Below are positions 45,275 through 50,290 of a DNA stretch of 50,290 nt, piece after piece. Made by a program: the position numbers and the translations under genes. Each line of letters opens with the position of its first letter. Within the stretch, counting starts at the first letter, position 1. The notes under the pieces were generated by a model. That model saw only the letters and a list, made by a program, of their open reading frames with translations, was not told where the DNA came from and made no database searches. The DNA lies in sequence record DRR723986_8357. One strand, written 5' to 3'.

Positions 45275-48200
45275 CTAGCGTCGATTTACTGTCGGCAAGC
45301 TGCCGATGCGCGATGCCCTGTTCTCAAACGGGGAAGCCGGTGAACTTGCCGCTGGAGGCGCGAACGTTGTAGGCCTCGCCCCCGACGTTCGAATCGCTGG
45401 GTGGATTGCATTTGCCGAAGCTTCGACTGAAGTGTTGACAGGTGGTGCACTAGCCGGTTGCTGCTGAAAACTGACCTGACGAACAGAAGAGCTTTCGCTT
45501 GGAATGCCACTCTGCGGCGTAGCGTTCGTAGGAGCCAGCTCAATAGGCATGTTCTCCTGCGTTTGCATATTCTGCTGCATGAGCACCTCGCCCTCGGTGA
45601 GTCCGTATTCAAGGATCGCTTCACCTGGAGTTGCTCCTAGAGTTTCCAGGGTAATTGGGCCGGGATCGACCCAAAGCCCTTCCGTGTCGACTCGCATGGT
45701 TCCCAGGTCCAAGTCAATGCTACGCCGAAGAGCCTCGAAGTTGACGAACGTACCGATCAGCGTTCGTTGCGTGTTCAGGAATGCCGTCAGACCTTGAGCG
45801 GCATCTCGGGCAGCGTTTGGTCCCGACGGAATGCCAAGCGTCTCGTTGATTTGGCGAATGTCGGCATTGATACTGTTTTGCACAGCAGCGTTTTGAACCG
45901 CGAATCGCTGGATCTCGAATCGAAGTTGGTTTTGACGCACCGTACGTAGTGAACTTCGCATGGTCGTCCAGATTGCATCTTCGAATTGATAGTACTGTCG
46001 CTTGGCGCGTTGGTACTGAATCAGGATTTGGCGATAGTTGTTACGTTCCTGCAGCCGGGTGATTGGTGCATCCCACTGTAGTCCAGCTCGAATCCGGCCC
46101 GTTGAGCCACGCAGGCTAAGCGGGTTGGAGTCGAAATTCTGGACATCGCCACTGATCGATAGATCGAGGAAGCTCTCAAGGTCATCTGCAACGACTTCAA
46201 TGCTTCGCCAAGAATTGACCAAGGCTGCTCGGTTGTTCAACCAGTCTCGACGGTTGATTCGAGCGATTTCGACAGCGTCGCGAGGCGTCAGCTCAATCTC
46301 TGGCAAGTATACCGTTTCGGTACGTGCACGAGCTTGAACGATCTGCAGAGCTAGCACCGTGTCGGTGACTTCGGCGATGAAGTCCTGTGAACCGAGAATG
46401 ATCGATTCGCTGATCTGGCGGAAACGTTCTGCGGGCGAGTCGAATTCATCGAGCGCTCCGATGACTGTTTGCACACGCTCTCGCAGCGACTCAAACTGTT
46501 CCCGGTGCGCGGCAAGTTTAACTAGCAGGCGGTCCAGTTCGGTGGCCAGCTCCTCTGGGAGTTCTTCCAGGCCCTCGCCTTCGAGGAACGATGTATTAAA
46601 GTCGCCGAAAGGTAGCAGAGCGCAGATCATGTCACGCTCCCGGTCGGCGATATCCATCAGTTTGTTCAACTGGTTACGTCGAACGGGAATTGCTTCCTGA
46701 AGCTTGACGATATCTTGTTCTAGCTGAGGGACATCTTCGTTGTCGATGGTGTCCAGTACGCCTTCCAGGGGAGCAAGGCGTTGCCCCAGAGAAAGCAGCA
46801 GCGTCTTTAACTCTTCGGAAGACTGGATTTCACGAGTGTTTTCACCGCTGTTGGCGTCCGTCACCTCAACCGACAGAGCGAGGATGCCGCTGTTGGCACC
46901 ACCGAGCTCTTTGCGATACGATTGCACTTCGATGCGTCGGTCGCGAAGCTCTTGGCTGATCAGCTTAAAGGGTGCGAGCAACGGATCGCGAACTTCGACG
47001 CACAGGTATGGCGGAAGCCCTAGACTCGCTTTGAAGGAGTCGAGCGACGATTCATAGGTTGCCTGCTGCTGCAGGAGGTCTGTTTGCGCCGAGTAAAGCT
47101 GCTGGAGTTGTTGCGAAACCTGCAACTGTTGCTGCGGGAGCGCCGTCAAGCTCTCGGGCATCGTGAGCTGCAGTTCGCGGTAGTTGTCTTCAAACTGAAG
47201 GTAGATGTCTTCCAGTTGGAGGATGTTCTCTTTCTGGTTGTCGATGTCTAGTTGCGATTGGAGGAGTCCAAGGAATCCGCCTGCACCGGGAGCCCCGCCA
47301 CCGGCAAAGCCACCACCTCCACCGCCGCCGAATACACCACCAAGCGCACTAAAACCACCGAATCCAGCCGCTCCGAAAACACCGCCTCGCCGTTGAGGGG
47401 CCGTGCCACCAGAGCCGCGACCTGTGGTGATGTCGACATAGAAGGCTCGCTTGAAACGCTCAAACGCGCGGACATTGGCCAGCAGGGTCCGCTCCGCCAA
47501 TGTCAGTCGTTCGAGTACCACGTCACGTCCACCTTGGCGGAGCAGCGGTTGTACTAGAGAGAAGTCGAGGATGGTGTTGGCGGATTGATTGCCTGGGCCA
47601 GCAAGCTGCCAGGTGATTGAGTTGGCAAGTCCGACGACCAAGTCGGCACCGGTCGCAAATTGCTTACGCATCTGGAACGGACTGTTGCCTCGCTGCGTCG
47701 ATCCACCAATGCCCAAGAGTGTGCTGCTGTTACCGGCTCCGTTTCGGTTTGGGCCATCTGCGGTGATGGAAGTATTGAAGCCACCGAAGAATTGTGAATC
47801 GAGCAGGAAGCGTTCGCTACTTACGTCGAGGGCCGATAGGAAGAGTTCTTCCTTTGCGTTTTGATATTCCGGAGAATGCAGAAGGGCAAGTCGCACTGCA
47901 TCGTTGATATCAAGGACCAAGACGCCTCGTTCGTCCAATGGCAGATAGCTCCACCATTGCGGATTTTCGACGATGTTCGTACGCCCGTTGGCTTCCCAGA
48001 GTGGATAGCCCTTCTTGCCGTCGACCAACTGCATAAACCGATTCGATTGCGGGTCGTCTTCCGGCATCGGAGGCCGATCGGGGTTGAACGGGTCGAACAT
48101 CCGGCTGCGAGCATCGACTTCGATTCGATACGGGGCATTGACCTCCTCGCAGCTTTGAATGGCCTTCTCATCCAGCAAATAATAGGCTTCGGTGTCAGTC

Positions 48201-48370
48201 TTACAGCGATACTGCTGCCGAGTGCATCCTGACAAGGCGAGTAGGGAGCTGCCGAGGATCGCTGTTCCCGCGATTGCACCACGAAGCGCACGTCGAAGCT
48301 GGGCTCTCTTGGATTTGCCCTGTGATTTCGACGCTGTTTTGTTGAGAGTGCGAGCGGTTTGTGACTGCAT
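45275..48370 (-). CDS. Large TolC-like outer-membrane lipoprotein (planctomycete type)
   Basis: Lipobox LSGC; DAVRLALLHSPEYQ, FSLVQPLLR, A.INRRDWLN, LQWDAPITRLQERN.YR; Gly-rich insert; ATG at 48370 with GAAGGA RBS. Confidence 0.75.
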   Translation of the reverse strand: MQSQTARTLNKTASKSQGKSKRAQLRRALRGAIAGTAILGSSLLALSGCTRQQYRCKTDTEAYYLLDEKAIQSCEEVNAPYRIEVDARSRMFDPFNPDRPPMPEDDPQSNRFMQLVDGKKGYPLWEANGRTNIVENPQWWSYLPLDERGVLVLDINDAVRLALLHSPEYQNAKEELFLSALDVSSERFLLDSQFFGGFNTSITADGPNRNGAGNSSTLLGIGGSTQRGNSPFQMRKQFATGADLVVGLANSITWQLAGPGNQSANTILDFSLVQPLLRQGGRDVVLERLTLAERTLLANVRAFERFKRAFYVDITTGRGSGGTAPQRRGGVFGAAGFGGFSALGGVFGGGGGGGFAGGGAPGAGGFLGLLQSQLDIDNQKENILQLEDIYLQFEDNYRELQLTMPESLTALPQQQLQVSQQLQQLYSAQTDLLQQQATYESSLDSFKASLGLPPYLCVEVRDPLLAPFKLISQELRDRRIEVQSYRKELGGANSGILALSVEVTDANSGENTREIQSSEELKTLLLSLGQRLAPLEGVLDTIDNEDVPQLEQDIVKLQEAIPVRRNQLNKLMDIADRERDMICALLPFGDFNTSFLEGEGLEELPEELATELDRLLVKLAAHREQFESLRERVQTVIGALDEFDSPAERFRQISESIILGSQDFIAEVTDTVLALQIVQARARTETVYLPEIELTPRDAVEIARINRRDWLNNRAALVNSWRSIEVVADDLESFLDLSISGDVQNFDSNPLSLRGSTGRIRAGLQWDAPITRLQERNNYRQILIQYQRAKRQYYQFEDAIWTTMRSSLRTVRQNQLRFEIQRFAVQNAAVQNSINADIRQINETLGIPSGPNAARDAAQGLTAFLNTQRTLIGTFVNFEALRRSIDLDLGTMRVDTEGLWVDPGPITLETLGATPGEAILEYGLTEGEVLMQQNMQTQENMPIELAPTNATPQSGIPSESSSVRQVSFQQQPASAPPVNTSVEASANAIHPAIRTSGARPTTFAPPAASSPASPFENRASRIGSLPTVNRR

Positions 48371-48775
48371 GGTGAGTCCTTCGTCTGGCGAGGCGGTTGA
48401 ACCTGGCCGCAAGTTCTGATTCTGCGGAAAGCAGGGATTCACACTCTTCTTCGGGACTTGCTGGTCTACAGTTTCACAAGGATTATCCTTATTGCGTCAG
48501 CTACCCTGATTGTGCATTCTCGCCTTGTCGGAATAGTTGCCGTGCCTTTACTGGCTTACCAGGACACGCATTACCTCTGAAGGGTGGTTTGTAGGGCGGC
48601 GTTTCGGCCAAATAGTTGCCCAAAAGCTATAAGTCCGCAGGCTTTCTAGTTACGATGGAGGCTTGTCTCCGCGGCGTAGGTTGGCCTTTCCCTATTGGTC
48701 TGTAAACCGCCTAGGGCTGCGAGCTGTGACCAGCGTTGCTGTGTTCTCGATTTATCTCATCTGATTGGAAATCTC

Positions 48776-50242
48776 ATGGGCTTGGGTAGCATCCTCTTCC
48801 TAGTAGTCCTCGTGCTTACGGTGATTGCATTCATCTACCTGCTCGTCATGACGGCGCGTGGATGGGGAGTACTGCATTCGATCTTGCTTAGCTTCCTCTT
48901 CATCGAGGCTTGGGTCTTCCTAGTGATGACTGCCGGCGTCCATCGAACCCGCGTACCGGCGTCTCGAGCGGCTTTCAAAGCGGTCGAGAACCTGGAGCAG
49001 GCTGCTGGCGAGAATGAACGCCTCCAGTGGGGCGATCTGACCATGCGGCAAGGCGAAGAGGCCGTTGTTCCGATGAAGGGACGCCTACAGCGACTTGCTG
49101 CCGAGCGTGGTCGAGTTTGGCGTGGTCTCGCGTTTAACCAACAGAACGGCGGGAATTTCGAACTCGAAGTATCAGCACCACCAGTGATCGACGATCCATC
49201 TGCCGAACCGGCTGCCGCGGCACCGGCCCCGAGTGCTGAAAGTCTGCCTCAAGGAACCGTGGTCTACGGTTTCGGCGAAGAACAAGACGCGGAAGGGCGA
49301 GCGATCCCGAAATACTACCTCGGCGAATTTGTCGTTCAGCAAACTCAGGGAGCACAAGTTGTTTTGGCTCCAACGAACGCGCTGTTTGAATCCGCCAAGA
49401 CGCGTATCAGCGACGGCACAGCCAGTACTTGGACGCTTTACGAATTGTTGCCACTCGACAGCCACGTAGCGTTTTCCGCTGAAGGCTCGACGCCGAGTGA
49501 GGAGCAGACCTTCGGTCGTCCTGACGAAGAAGCCATTCGAGAACTGTTTGCTGATCTGCCTGAGAACATCCGTGATCGAGTCGTTAGTGAGTATCTTGCT
49601 GATGGCACAACCGCTGACCAGACTACTCCGCAAGAAAACCTCTGGGTGCAACTCGTTTTGGAGGGAGAGCTGAAGGACACCGTCGACAGCGCGGACTCGC
49701 GCGACGCAACGATTGGTGGTTACTTCAATGTGTCGGGCCAGAGCACCGACTCGCGAATCAAGATAGACGGCGAAGGCCCCGAGGCGGCTGTCGTGACGCT
49801 AACGCCAGACGGAACGCGTGGCAAACTGCTCTTGATGAAGGAAGAGGCGGCTTCGAAAATCGATGAATCTGTGGCGAAAGAAGCACGCCGCGTAAACGTT
49901 CGACCGTTGAACGACTACGAGAAAGCTTTCAACAAACTCTATCTGGAAGACGCACGTCTCGATGCCCAGATCGAGCGGATGAAGCGTGATGCGGAGAAGC
50001 TTACCGCGGCCGATCAAGCGGCCAATGAGATGATTGTCTTCCGCCAAGCGGAGAAGCAGGCTTTGGCAAGTGATTTGCAGAACCTGCAAAAAGAACTTGC
50101 GCTGATGACGCAACTTGCTGAATCTGAGACGGCAAAGCTCGCTCAAATGCGTAAGCAAATGCGAGATATGTTCGAGCAAATCCAGACCGCCCACGCTCAA
50201 AAGCAAGCCGCCGAACTCAGCATGATGGCCAACGCGCCATAG
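48776..50242 (+). CDS. Hypothetical membrane-anchored coiled-coil protein
   Basis: Two N-terminal TM helices, YLGEF motif, long C-terminal heptad region. Confidence 0.75.
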   Translation: MGLGSILFLVVLVLTVIAFIYLLVMTARGWGVLHSILLSFLFIEAWVFLVMTAGVHRTRVPASRAAFKAVENLEQAAGENERLQWGDLTMRQGEEAVVPMKGRLQRLAAERGRVWRGLAFNQQNGGNFELEVSAPPVIDDPSAEPAAAAPAPSAESLPQGTVVYGFGEEQDAEGRAIPKYYLGEFVVQQTQGAQVVLAPTNALFESAKTRISDGTASTWTLYELLPLDSHVAFSAEGSTPSEEQTFGRPDEEAIRELFADLPENIRDRVVSEYLADGTTADQTTPQENLWVQLVLEGELKDTVDSADSRDATIGGYFNVSGQSTDSRIKIDGEGPEAAVVTLTPDGTRGKLLLMKEEAASKIDESVAKEARRVNVRPLNDYEKAFNKLYLEDARLDAQIERMKRDAEKLTAADQAANEMIVFRQAEKQALASDLQNLQKELALMTQLAESETAKLAQMRKQMRDMFEQIQTAHAQKQAAELSMMANAP

Positions 50243-50290
50243 CAAACGTTTGTTACTCCCCCGCATATCAGCCGCTGGGCGCCAGCCCGC

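Overview
A ~54% GC bacterial chromosome segment, very likely from a planctomycete (Pirellulaceae-like), judged from its gene set: a DWPQWRG beta-propeller, a long TolC-like lipoprotein, a SEC-C/TPR protein and 'NPYQTP' membrane proteins. It opens at a tRNA-Arg(TCT) followed by a ~10 kb accessory region. That region holds small cassette-like genes trailed by decayed attC-like half-sites, a GTAG-type REP doublet, DinB-superfamily genes, a secreted ankyrin protein, and a retron-type reverse transcriptase (6976-8325). The RT is preceded by a ~220-nt structured non-coding region with terminal inverted repeats (6699-6919) but has no co-oriented effector gene. A second notable locus (13756-20060) combines a stand-alone EctB-type diaminobutyrate aminotransferase, a condensation-less NRPS (A-T-alpha/beta-hydrolase) whose pocket looks Dab-specific, a partner hydrolase and a divergent CelD/BcsL-type GNAT. 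I infer it is a 2,4-diaminobutyryl-transfer system. A compact type II secretion/type IV pilus cluster with three large acidic pilins and no secretin lies at 34524-41873. The rest is mostly housekeeping: trmK, rimI, thymidine phosphorylase, lgt, NRDE, hemolysin III, a CaMKII-hub-like NTF2 protein, PlsC, miaA, hisE, hisG and a DegT aminotransferase. All family calls come from manual motif recognition; no searches were run.
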